A stretch of 64,000 nt of DNA from Selaginella moellendorffii (lineage: Eukaryota > Plantae > Lycopodiophyta). Location: NCBI RefSeq assembly GCF_000143415.4, contig NW_003314361.1, forward strand, positions 372,001-436,000. Reading direction: 5' to 3'. Position 1 is the first letter of the stretch. Every line of letters starts with the position of its first letter. A program made the translations under genes and the position numbers. The notes beneath the pieces are model-generated. The model had not been told where the DNA came from. It ran no database searches and was given only the letters and a program-made list of their open reading frames with translations. This document shows positions 11,880 through 24,039 of this stretch, one piece after another.

Positions 11880-14800
11880 CTGTCTGTGGGTGATAGGCTG
11901 TGCTGAATTTCAACTTGGTGCGATACTGTTCCAGGAGGGTCCTCCAGAACCTACTAGTGAAGATCTTATCTCGGTCTGAGATAATCTCTTTTGGCCTTCC
12001 CCGCACTCGAACCACTTGTTCAAAGAACAGCTTCGCCACACCTTCCGCATCCACGTCCGTTGTGGTGGGTATGAAATGTGCCATCTTCGAAAATCGATCC
12101 ACCACCACGAATATCGCATCGAACCCCTCGCTTGGGGGTAGTCCCGTGATGAAGTCCATCGTAAGACATTTCCACGGACGATTTGGGATTGGGATGCTTT
12201 GCAACAAGCCCCCACTAGCCTTAGTCACGGCTTTGACTTGCTGACATGTTGGACATGTCTTTACATAGTCTTGGACGTCCTTAGCCATATCTGGCCAATG
12301 GTACTTCCTTTTGAGTAAGCCCATCGTCTTGGGCACTCCGCCATGTCCCGCAAGAGGTCCGTCATGACACTCTTCTAAGGCTACCTTCCTTAGTCCCCCT
12401 TCTGGAACATATACCCTCGTTTGCTTGTAATAAATGAGTCCGTTGCGTTCCGCATAGCCGGTTTTCTCTTCCGTTGGCAGCTCACCTCTCTGGTGAGCTT
12501 CCCGCGCCTCCAGATTCCTCAACAACACTTCTTGTGCTAGACCATCGTTCTCATATGCTGTCCGCACATCGTCCCAGAAGGTTGCTGTTGCGCTGGATAT
12601 CGCCAACCTCAAGCTCGCTTTTCGACTTAGCGCATCTGCCACAATGTTGCTCTTCCCAGGCTTGTACAGAATCTCGCAATCAAACTCGGCCAAGGCATTG
12701 GCCCACCGACCTTGTTTCCCTCTCAGGTCGGGCTGTGACAAGAAGTGTTTCGTTGCCACATTGTCCGTGTAAACCTTGAAGTGTCTCCCAAGGTAGTGTC
12801 GCCACTCCTTGAGCGCCTTGACCACCGCAAACAATTCCTTCTCGTGGGCAGGCCACTTCCTTTGAGCCTTGTCCAACTTCTTCGAGCTCCTTGAGTTCTT
12901 TTTCGTTCAATCGATAGGGTGGACGAACCACCGCCTCAGCACCCTCGACCAGCTCAATCTTATGTTCTATCGGTCATGCGGGGGGCAACCCCGCCGGTAG
13001 CTCCTCCGGCATCGTATCCTGGAATTGGTCCAGCACCTGCTGGATCACTAAAGGTACTTCTTCCGTTCTTGTCTTTTTGTCACTCTTCACCGAGAGTAAG
13101 CACAAAAAGGCTGCCTTAGTTCCTTTAGTGAGTTGTCCTCTCGTGGACACCAGGTTTAAGCATGACTCTTTGGCCTTGCTTTGCCCTACTTTTAGATCCT
13201 GGGCCTCCACCCTAGATCTTCTTCCTTGGGCATTCGCCAATACCACAAGGTTCCTACCTTGTCCATGCAGGGCTACCACGAACCGATTAAACCAATCCAT
13301 TCCGAAGATCACGTCAAATCCCGCCATGTCCAAGACGGTGAAATCCATGTCCACTTTCCATGTCCCCACTTCGACTCTCGCTTGTTGAAGTACCTCATCG
13401 GTGCTTTGGCTACCTTGAACAAACTCTATAGTCCTTGGTTCGCCTAGCCGCTGCACCGTTAGTCCGGCTTGCCGGACTATGTCTGCAGCCACAAAATTAT
13501 CCGAAGCACCCGTGTCAATAAGGATCTTAACAAAGCTACCTCCGAGCTTCCCTCGGAGGGCTAGTAGATGCCGCGAACGACTCTCTACCAAAGTTGCTCG
13601 TGTAATGAGTAACTTTGAGTTAGGGACTGGATCACATACCTCAGTTTGGACTTCACCCGACTTGATGGCCATATTGGCTCTGGCCTTCTTCGGGTAGGGA
13701 CATTCCCTCGAGAAGTGTCCCGCTTCGCCGCAGTTGTAGCATACGTTGTTGCCCACGCTGCTATACGACTTAACCTTCTTATCCGTGGGTTTGTCTTTTT
13801 TCGCTTGACTTCCCCACGTACTCGCTCACTGGCCACCGGATTTGCCTTTCCGGAACCCCGAGGACTCATTCTTAGAGAAACTCTTCTTGAATTTCCCCTT
13901 GCTATATGTTCCCCTCGGTTTGGCCCCTTTGTGAAACGTGGATCCCGACCCCGTCGTGTTCCCCTTTCGCAGGTTATCGTTGAAATGCACCTTGATGGCC
14001 GCATCCAACGCTTCCTTGTAGTTGGTCGGGTTCCAGCGCATCACCTCACCGCGAGCCCAGGTTTGCAAACCTGATATAAAGGCATGGAACGCATCCATAT
14101 CCCCCATGTCCGTGACAAGTATCCTCTTTGCCATGAACCCATTCACATATTCCTGGATGGTTCCAGTCTGCTTCAGCCTACTCAACTCATCTCTCAGATG
14201 CAGAGTGGCATTCGGAGGAACGTATGTCGCGCGGATCCTCGCCTTCATCATGTCCCAGGTGGCCACCGGTCCTTCGTTGGCCTCCGTTGTTCTCCACCAA
14301 GACTTGGCATTATCTGCCAAGTATGGTTTTGCACATGGGACCTTCTCCGAGCTCGGTAACCGCAACGCTCGGAAGTAGTCCTCCATATCGTAAAACCAAT
14401 CCTCCACAACCTTATAGTCGTTCACTCCCTTGAACACCGGTGGGGGCTTTGGTTTGTACTTGGGAACTGCCTGAGGGACTGATTCCACTTCGGTCTGTTC
14501 GACCTTGTCTGGTTTTGCCTCAGTCCCTGCCGAAGGGTCCGCACCTTCTGCGCTGCCAGCATCCGCAGTCTTTCGCTTTTTCTTCCGCTTCTCGTCACGC
14601 TTTAACTTGCGTACGAGAGTCTCCAGCAAGGCATTGGTTTGTGCCAACTGTCCTTCTAGCACGTCCAATCGAGCCTTGGACGACCGAACCTCGCCACCGG
14701 ACTCCTGTTTGGAAGTTTCCTCACTGGAGTCCTCCTCATGCAAGGATTCCTCATCCATAGCCTCTTGTTCAACCGGAGGCTCCAGCTCCGGCAGAGGTTC

Positions 14801-14898
14801 CGTCTCCGCCTGGGTTCGCTTATGCCCTGCCCTTGCCATCTCCCAGCAATCCGCCTCTATCCTTCGCTAGAACTGAGATAAAGGCTTCGATACCAAAT

Positions 14899-16046
14899 TG
14901 TAAGCCACAAATTTTTCCTTTCCAATTTGCCAGCTTACCTCGCCTATCCGTCCAACACCGCCTTGGCTTTTGCTAAGTTCCCTCGCCAAGGTTCTCGCCT
15001 ATGGTACCAGCTCCTACTTGGTCTCAGCTACTCACTGCACGAGCAACGGAGTGTTAGCCATCCATCCACGGATTCCCAATTCACTCCCAATCCCCCTCCC
15101 TGGGTTAGACTAGACTTAAGGTTCGGCTACACTCCCCGCAAGCACAAGCAGCCAAGCACACCAAGCTTCCAGGTTCCTAACATCCTTTGGTACCACAAGA
15201 CTTGATCATGGGACCCTCTAAATCCCAAGTCTTGAGTGCAACACTTGCTTCGGGACGCCGGGGCGAAACACCGTGGCCTAGCGGCCCGGTATGGGTACCT
15301 CTCGCCCCCCACTTCCATCCCGAAGGAAGGCCCAAGCCCCTAGGAAGGGCGAGGACCAATGAGCCGCATGGTACTCAAGTGGGGCACCACTCCACTTGAG
15401 CCGGGAGCACCGCAATCGGTTTCCCTTTCGGGAGTGGGAGCTGCTCTTGAGCACTTCCTTGGATGGCCCCTCCGGCACCAACCAAGTCCGTGCTCACTCC
15501 CACCCAAGGCCCCTCGGTCCCAGTCCCAACCTCAAGTCAGTTTGGGAGCCCCACTGGAGAGTCCCTTCTAAACTGGTTCCTAGACCTCACTATCCCTACT
15601 ATACTTTTGGAACCCCCTGCAGCCCCCCCCCCCTGGGAGACGCACGCTTTGGGCTTTCACCCCTTGACCCGTATTAGTATTTGGACTTAGTCTCTGGCTC
15701 GATCTCGGACCCGATTTCGGATCCGACTTCGGATTCGGGTTCGGACTCGATCTCGGACTCGATCTCGGACCCGATCTCGGACCCGACCTCGGACTCGACC
15801 TCGGACTCGGTCTCGGACCCGATTTCGGATCTCGGACTCCGTCTCGAACTCGGTCTCGAACTCGGACTCGAACTCGGTCCCCGAGTCGGTCTCGGACTCG
15901 ATTCCGGACTCAATCTCGAACTCGGTCCTAGAGTCGGTCTTGGACTCGATCTTCGACTTGGTCCCATCCGATGAACTCTTTGTCATTTTGGTCATTCTTT
16001 CGGGGTTCCTTTAGCCTACGACACCTCGGCGAGTTGGTTCCTTACA
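14899..16046 (-). repeat. 5' LTR of element B
   Basis: Adjacent to the PBS; followed by TSD GAAAG. Confidence 0.96.
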
Positions 16047-17253
16047 GAAAGATGGAGGGGTCACTAACTTATTCGCGCAAGGTCCCTCCATTACTCGCGC
16101 GACTCCTCGTTTCCCGGATGCACCTCGGTGTCCAAACCTTCCACCGCAGCAGCACCAATGGGACGTTGCTGATGCCAAGGTCTCCACCCAGGAAATGGAG
16201 GTCGCCAATCCAGAAAGCGCCGACAACGCCGATAAGTATGACCAACTTCATCACACGCCCAGCAACGAACATCATGGCCACAACCACGTCCTCGCCTTTG
16301 TCCTTGGACTCGAGTAGCAGCAGCATCAACCTCCATTGGAATAGGACCATCACTCATAGGAAGTGGAGCGGAAGGACGTGCAATGAGAAGTGGAAGAGGC
16401 GACATCTCATAACGTTGTGCCAAGCGAAGAGCATCATCAAGGGTGGCAGGAGCAAGTGCATGCACAAGGCCGACAAGATCTTGACGAAGTGCTGGCCACA
16501 ACATTCCTATCTTGATCTGCTCTGACATATTGGGCTCCACACGAAGCAAAAGACTTCGGAAACGAACACCAAATTGCATCACCAACTTAGATGGCCCTTG
16601 GCGAAGACGATACAATTGTTGGAAGGCATCGTCACAATCGTCGGCATGTCCGAAGGCGCATTTGAAGACATCCGGAAGAACACTCTAATTCTCACGAGTG
16701 GCTGCACTCAATCCATTGTACCACTGCAACACCGTCCCTTAAAGACACGTGGGAAACTCACACAAACGTCGAGCATCATCCCAAGAATGATATGCGGCAA
16801 TCACCATGAAGTGATTGAACCAATAGTACACATCATCCCCAGGATTCCCATGAAAGAACTCCGGCCAAACGCGAAGATTGGCACCAAGAGCAGGAGGAGT
16901 TGGACCATGTGTCGTAAATGCCGCCATCAATTGAGTTTGGTTGTTTAATTGCAAGCGCATAGCATCAAGCAATTGGACCAACTGCTGCTCTAGAGTCAAA
17001 GGAGGAGATTACTGATCTGCCATGAAGATGGATGAAGAAAGAGCAAAAGAATAGAAACAACAAAAAATGATAAGGAAATGGGAGATTTAGATAAAGCAAA
17101 AAGCTAGATTTAAACCAAAATCTTGAAAGGGAAGAACAAAAGAAAGGAAATGGAAAAAGCTAGATCTAGACAATACAAAAGCTAGATTTAAACCAAAATC
17201 CCAAATTCAAGCACTCCTCAGGGACAATCAAAGGTGTCTTTCATCTCCACTAA

Positions 17254-17428
17254 TGTGAATGCTTGGAATATGGAAAGGGAATACAGAAATGTGCATATCA
17301 ATTAGCTCAAAAACCCTAGTTTATATACAGGAGCAAGTGGTCTGGATTGAAACCAATCTGACGGCTACCAAAATCCCACTACGCTAATATTAGTATACGG
17401 CATTGTAGCCGTACACTTGGCCCTCACA
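17254..17428 (-). repeat. 5' LTR of element A
   Basis: TG...CA termini; adjacent to the PBS (plus strand CATCTCCACTA, similar to the tRNA-Ala 3' end CATCTCCACCA). Confidence 0.93.
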
Positions 17429-19256
17429 ATACATATAAAACTTTTAGGTTTCTAATTACTAAAAATTTTATTTATTGTATGTGACAAAAATTTGAAGTTC
17501 TAAAAAACTTATGAATTATTTAAATAAAAGATACTATGACAAAAAAATTAAAGATTTTTATTCCCAATAAAATTCTTAAAAACTCAAGAGTTATATATTT
17601 ATGTGTTTTATATATGATGTAATAAAGAAGACCAGTTATATATAGTAAAATATTACCTTTAATCCTTTATAATTTAGTAAATATTTTCAATTAATAATAT
17701 CTAGAAACTTATTTTTTAAATGTTGATTCAAATATTGTTTTATTGAAATAATTTTATTTTTATTACATTCATAAGGAAATTTTAATAATAATCACAATTA
17801 TATCATATATATATATTTATAGAATCATTTTAGTAATTTTTTAGTAATTTGAAATTTTATTTTTATCTTCCTAGTTCTATCTTAAGTCTTATTTTTATGT
17901 TAAGTCATTTATATTAATTTTATAAAAAATGAGATAAATCTAATAAATTTATGTTTTAATATTTATAATATATAACTTTATATGTTTACTTACTAAATTA
18001 TTTTTGGTCCTTTATATGATTAAGATATTAATTTGTACCAAATTATGAATTTTTTAAATAAAAAACTACCACAGAAAAATATTTATAATTTACCTTTATT
18101 GCATTATATAGAAAACATATAAATATATATCTTTTGAGATTTTAAAATTTTTATTGAGTAAAAATTTTTTGATTTTAGAAGTTTTCTTCACAATCCACTC
18201 TATATATTAATACCGAGAAAAAAAAATCAAATATTATACACTTATATATTGCAAAATGTTGTATTTAATCTTTTTTTTTAGTAAATATTATAAATTTATT
18301 AATATCCAGAAACTTATTTTTAAAAATCTGAATTCAAATAATTATTTTATTAAATTATGTTTTATGTTTTATTAAAGTCATAAGAAACTTTCATTATCAC
18401 AATATTCACCATGTAAATTATGCTTTTAGATATTATTCCCTTTTGGTTACAACCATAAATTATAACGAATGGATTGATAGTTATTGTAAAAAGGAGGTAA
18501 AACAAGGCTTTTATTGCTATTGCCATTGTTATTTAACTTACCATAACTCACAAACTTGCTAGAGTGCACCTTCTAAAATTATTACCACACCAAAGGATGA
18601 CTATTTTTTGACTTTTAAATTACAAATTAGCTATAATTGGCTATAACTCCTTCTAATCTAAAAGAAAGGAGCTCCTTCTTTAACTTACTTGTGCTTCAAT
18701 TAAGAAATGAAATGGTATGAACAAAATATTCACTTTTTAGATGATAAGGGAAAAAGAGATGGATAAAAGACATGATAGAGAGAATAAATGTAATGTAGAG
18801 AAAGATTAAAAACTCTATTAGATTATTATGGTATATTTACTATCTCCACCACTCCAATTGGTGTAGGAAACCAAGATAATTAGCCATGCTAAAAACAATA
18901 ACTAGAATGAAATTTCAATGGGATCTAATTTAGTTCAAACTATTTAGTCACTATTAATTTGATTCTATTCTTTTTTCTTAACTTGCATAAAAACCCTTCA
19001 AATATAACATGCCTTTTGAAGTTTAACAACACTTCAAAAGGAGAGGGAGTTTTCAACACAATCAACCTTACACTTATCAATGAAAGTTATAATTGATAGC
19101 ATAATCTAGGAATATAGGGTCATTAAAGTACAAATAGGCTCATTTGTGAGATCCTTATCTCACTAGAGAAAGACATTTCTATAATGCTATAACTAGAAAG
19201 TGAATATTATCACATTATCAAAGTCTAGAGTCATATATTTTATTTGGCATACATGA

Positions 19257-19800
19257 TTGCTGCAACTCTTGAAACAACTAAAGTGCAATGCATTGAACTT
19301 TCTAGACTACCTTGGTAGTCCATCAAACATCCTCATTTTATTTTTGGCATTTTGGATCCATCGGAGAGCCTTTCTACGCCTCCCATTGGGCTTCTGGAAG
19401 AGAGCTTTTACACCAAGGATCCCAATGCTGCTTAGAACACACTTGTAGGCGCATACTCACAAAAGGAACATATAGTAATGGCATAATTTGTCTTTAACAA
19501 GAGAATTCTCTACCTATGGAATGCTATTGTACAAGCTTATGCCTCAAATGGGCATTTTGACTCTGCGAACCATCTCTTTGAAAGAATGCCAGGAAGAAGC
19601 GCCGTGACTTACACCGAGGTGTTGCTACGTTGCGGCACAAATGGAAAGATCATTGAATCGAAGCGATGTTTTGATGAGATGCATCATCGGACTCCAGTGT
19701 CGTGGAATTGCATGCTCATGGCCTACGCTCAGAACGAATGCCTGGACAAGGCCAAGAAAACCTCAGCCTAGCCCAGCAGGAAGTGGTTACCTGGTCGTCC
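19257..19800 (+). pseudogene. PLS-type PPR gene fragment
   Basis: Broken PPR motifs (WNAIVQAYASNGH, FERMPGRSAVTY, FDEMHHRTPVSWNCMLMAYAQN) with stops and frameshifts. Confidence 0.7.
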
Positions 19801-19991
19801 ATGGTACATTACCACGGTAGCGGCCTGTTTTTACAGTGCCTCACAGGCAAAGAGTCCGTATCCACTAGAAAACTTTCAACGATATATAGATATAAAAACG
19901 TGAATCTCAGACTTTTCTGTGTGAGTTGCAAAACGATAGACGTACCGCGCAACAGGCGTCTTTCTCATTGCGAGGCTTCTCCACAATCTTT

Positions 19992-20966
19992 TCATTCTCC
20001 TTTGATCACTGCTGCGATGACTCGATCTGTAGTTTCCTGCCCGAAGAGCCTCGGCATGTTTGCACCTAAATCCACCTCCACGGAATTCTTCCTCATCATG
20101 TCGTCTCTTTCCCGGAGAGAACTTATCTGGGCTTCACTCGTCAAAGTTCTTCCCAGCTCCGTGAACCCGTGCAGCCATATGGAGACCGCCTCCTCCACAC
20201 ACGGAGTGATAGACTCTTCCACCACTCCATCAAGTTCTTCCTCACCCTCTGCGGCAAACTTTAACAGTAACGCAGTCGGCGAAGCCATGACGCGTACGAA
20301 AAGCGAAGGCGAGACGTAGTACTCACACTGTGGAAGCTTTACCAGCTTGGCTCGCAGCTCGTCCAGCTTTGAGTCCTCGTAAAATCTTTTCAGGTACTCT
20401 GGATCCATGACGAGGTCCTTGCGGGGCATGTTGTCCACGCACAGAACAAGTGACTTGTAACCAGTTTGGATCAACTCCACCAAAAGATGAGGAGAATCAA
20501 TTTCGGGCTCTAGAATGGTTTGAAGCGTCGTGATGTTGAGAGGCCCGAATGGAAGACTGGAGTGAAGCCACGAACCAAGAAGGAAACGAATCTAGAAAAG
20601 AACAATGGAAGTTTGCTTACTCAAAGTTTCTAAGCAAAATCTTCAATGGTACCTTGGAGCCTTGTTTCCCTGATCTTAACACCACCGATCCTTGGGAGAC
20701 ACCGTCCTGGCTCTGGAAAGACCTGACTTCCGGCGGCGTGAGCGTGGAATTGAGGAGCGAACCCAGCTCCCGGTCGAGCCTCGTGGCTAAACTGGTCATG
20801 AGCTTGTTCTTGGCGATGCTGAGCTTGGGGAACTCGATCCAGCTACCAGCGCAAGGCGGCGCCATGAAAGAGGATGGGCTACGAAACTTCCCTGGAGAAG
20901 TGGATTGGAGCTCGAATCGATTCTTTCTTTCCTACCTGGATGACAGCACGAGGTCGCCAATGCCAT
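19992..20966 (-). CDS. ACD2: Red chlorophyll catabolite reductase; exons 20966-20936, 20891-20653, 20591-19992
   Basis: GSWLHSSLPFGPLNIT, LVELIQ, PRKDLVMDPEYLKRFYE, YVSPSLFVR, PRLFGQE match RCCR. The 44- and 61-nt GT-AG introns join the exons in frame. Confidence 0.9.
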
Positions 20967-21111
20967 GCCCACAAAGATCAATGTCAAATTATCAGAAATC
21001 AAGTTGGTAATATGTGTTTTTAAATATAAAAAAGTATTTCTAAACAATGCAATAAAATTGTTTTATTTGCTAGAACGAAGAAACACTAAGTTGAGACATG
21101 CCCTCATTTCT

Positions 21112-23137
21112 TCACTGCTCCACTGATCCCGGCAGGTGTTCTATCGAGAAAGACATATCACTGCTGCTGAGCTCGGGAGACTTGATGTCTTCAATCAGCT
21201 TCACAACCTGGGCCATCTTGGGTCGCTGCTCCGGATTGGACGCAACGCAGTCGAGTGCAATCCTCAGCAGATACACCATCTCCTCCTCGGAGTTTCTCCT
21301 GTAGGTGACGAGCTCGTAGTCAAATACCTCGGCGGTCCACTCCTCGCGGACCGTGGAGTTGACCCACCTGGGCAGGTCAACGCTGCTGCCCTGCCTCGCC
21401 GCCACCCTGCCCGTCAAGAGCTCCAGCAGCATCACCCCGAAGCTGTAGACATCTGCCTTGTGCGTCACCTTCTTGGCCACAAACATCTCCGGTGCCCTGT
21501 AGCCATCGCTCGCCTGCGGACCGTTCTGGACGCTCGCAAACGGCAGCAGCCCAAAGTCCGCAATGCAAGCCTGCCCGTTTCCATCGAATACTACGTTGGT
21601 GGATTTCAAGTTGCCGTGTGGCATTGTTGGGCACTCCCGGTGAAGAAATGCCAGCCCCTGCGCTACGCCGTAGGCTATCTGTAGGCGATCCGGCCATGCC
21701 AATAGTTCCCGCTCGTTCGTTCCTCGGTTGGCTGTCCAGAGCACAAGCAAAAACTTGAGAGATAATTCCACGATTTGATTTACCAAGTTCCTTACCGTGC
21801 AAACGAGTGTAGAGGCTTTTGTTTGGGAGATAGTCGTAGACCAGGAGCTTCTCCTCTTGCGCGTAGTAATAGTAGGCCACCAGCGGAACCAAGTTTGGGT
21901 GCTTGAGCCTGCCTACAAGCGCAAGCTGCTTCTCAAACTCGGCTTTCTCCGTCAAGTTTCTGTCAATCAGCCGCTTTACAGCGAATACGACACCTTCGCC
22001 CAGGACAGCCTTGTACGTTGTTCCCACAGTGCCTTTGGGAACAAGCATCTCCGCAGATGCCCGAAGCAATTCTTTCAAGCCAAAGCTGTGTTGATTGTCC
22101 TCGGCAGCGAAAATTAGCCTCCCGGCTTCACCCTCCACTGATCCTCGCTGCTCCGGGAACTGCATGCTCGCCGAGTCTATGCTTTGCACCTCTCCGCCAT
22201 CTTTTTTCTCGGGACTCTTCGATTTGTGTGTCACAAGCTTGTTTTTGTCGTCGGGATTTCCTCTCCTGAGGTAGAACATGAGGAGGAGACAGATAAACAC
22301 GACGATGGCGAGGCTGAAGACGACGATGATTATGATGCTTGGGAGGCTGAGCTTGTCGCTTTCAGAAGAGCGAGGTTCCGAGTGGGCATTCTCTGGAGAC
22401 GAGGGCGATGGTAGTGGTGGGCAACTGTTGTTAGTTGGCGGCCCACAAAGATCGTTCCCTGCGAATGAAGTTGGGCTTGTGGATGCGAGTGATTTTGGAA
22501 TGCTGCCAGTCAATCGGTTGTGGGAGACACCGAAGTCTGTCATCTTGGGGAACAACATATCTGGGATCGGACCTGTGAGAGAGTTGTAGTCGAGCCTGAG
22601 CGTCTGCAATTCCTGGAGACTGCTGAGTTCCCGTGGGATCTCTCCCTCCAGCTGATTGTTTCGGAGTGACAAGCGATCTAAGATGGCCAGCGTGCCTAGC
22701 GAGGCAGGGATATTACCGGTGAGCTTGTTGCCGAGCAAGATGAGTTGCTTGAGGTGGATGCAGCTGGAGAGATCAGGGGGAATGGGCCCGGAGAGCGAGA
22801 CGTTGATGAGCCTTAGAACTCGGAGTTGATCTAGCCTGCTCAACGTGTTTGGTGCTATGGTTCCCGGAAGATCCAAGTTCTCGAGCTCCAGAAACGTGAC
22901 ACGGCCGATCACTGGCTTCTTGCAATTGACCCCTTGCCAGGCGTTTTGATCCGTGCATGGATTGAGGCTGGAGACGTTCCATTGCAAGATTCTGTTTTGT
23001 GGATCTGCAAACTTCATGAAATCGATGAGTGCCTGCCTGTCCGAAGACACATCCGGCTGCTGTGCCGACGATAAACACCAAAGCCCAGAGAAGATAACAA
23101 ATGACCAGATGGTTTTACAGCAGTAGAGTGTAGCCAT
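21112..23137 (-). CDS. LRR-III receptor-like kinase (RKL1/RLK902-like atypical kinase); intron 21732-21795
   Basis: Signal peptide, LRRNT with WQGVNC, about 5 LRRs, GNDLCG cap, TM helix, LKELLRASAE, HGNLKSTN (no catalytic Asp), DFG, GYRAPE, REEWTAEVFD. Confidence 0.93.
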
Positions 23138-24039
23138 TTTTCTTCTTCTTGATGTAGAGATTTGCACCATATACATAAATGTAAGATCTAAGAACATAAA
23201 ACACTGTTACTCATATGAAGCAGTGCTCGATTGTGCTAAGTTTACCTGTGTCTAGAAGCACTGCCTTGCGTTGCATGGGACGTCCCCTGTCTTTCTTCGT
23301 GTAATACCTCATGACTGTCTTGATCAAAGCAGGGATCCTTTTGAGCCAGAGAATGCAAGCTTGGTGTTTGTCATGGTGGCCGCCCTGATGAGAGGTATTT
23401 TGGTTTCACTGGCCATGACATGCCCCTTTGGTCTGTCCTCATGTGAAGGCATACTGAAAAACCAAAGCTTGCCTTGCACCACAAAATGCAGCTGTCAAGA
23501 GGCTCCACACTTCAGTCACTCATGGAATTTCCAACTTTGGAAACATATTGTAAATATATATAAAAAAAAGGGGAGTTTTTTGTTTTGTTTTCTATCGTAT
23601 GGCATGGATGGACGGCTTGTGATTATAATGAAAAAAAGCATTGGAAATACCATTAGCGAAAAGATGTGCAAGCAGCAGGGACTAATGCACAACATTTCCG
23701 TAATCTCTCGCCACTGATCACGTCGGGACAAGCCTTGCTTGAAAACTTCGGAATCTTTGATGGCTGCGTTTCCAAAGCTTGTTGTTTGGCATTTGCTTGC
23801 GGCCAAGTCCTTCATATCCGGAGGTCTTTGGAGATGGTTTTGTTCCACACAGAAAGCTAATTTCTTCCTCTTGTTGTGTTCTTCTTCTTCACGTAAGATG
23901 ACACTTTACTTTTCTCTCATGTCTCTCTTTGGTAGCTAGACCAACTTAATTGTGTGTTCTTTTGGCTCTCAGGTAACAGCTGCTAGAGAAGAAGATCTTG
24001 TCCAAGCAGTTCTAATTCCATCCATACAACATATATTCC

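Larger units (their letters stand above)
11012..14839 (-). pseudogene. gag-pol of element B: RT deleted, in-frame stops, two small introns in integrase
   Basis: Stops at 13826-13828, 12974-12976 and 11137-11139 (TGA; the 12974 stop replaces the conserved Arg of PPxR) and at 11825-11827 (TAA at the Gln of DGQTER). Fusion junction at ~12880-12890. Introns at 11833-11879 and 11363-11414. The 3' end is approximate. Confidence 0.88.
9429..16046 (-). mobile_element. Element B: young Ty3/gypsy chromovirus lacking RT (gag-CCHC-PR-[RT deleted]-partial RH-IN-chromodomain), nested in element A
   Basis: About 1.15-kb LTRs at 9429-10578 and 14899-16046, ~99% identical. 5-bp TSD GAAAG. PBS TGGTATCGAAGC (14884-14895). 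PPT GGGTGGTGGAGT. gag 13826-14839, CYNCGEAGHFSRECP, LIDTGASDNF, HEKELFAVV, IN HHCC/DDE, GPY, chromodomain EYEVEAIL...VKWKGF...TWEPEENL. Confidence 0.96.
5197..17428 (-). mobile_element. Element A: degenerate Ty3/gypsy LTR retrotransposon (gag-PR-RT-RH-IN, no chromodomain seen), host of two nested insertions
   Basis: 175-bp LTRs at 5197-5371 and 17254-17428 with about 14 transitions. 4-bp TSD ATAC (5193-5196 / 17429-17432). PPT at 5372-5386. tRNA-Ala-like PBS at ~17242-17252. gag with CCHC (CWACDEVGHTYRRC, 16091-16999), PR (VLVDIGS, ~9300), RT (VMPFGLNNAPATFQR, FIDDILI, 7450-8235), RNase H (DASDIGLGGVL, TEKECLA), IN (ILSDNG, YHPQSDSLVER, 5845-6669). Many stops and frameshifts. Confidence 0.95.

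Noticed and set aside
13823-13828. In-frame TGA between gag and the CCHC/protease as programmed readthrough
   Set aside because: It lies upstream of the zinc knuckle, and other TGA stops in this copy look like CGA deamination; more likely a mutation.
23271-23939. Overlapping 60-150 aa ORFs between the RLK and DUF538
   Set aside because: No recognisable domain; probably promoter, UTR or intron sequence.
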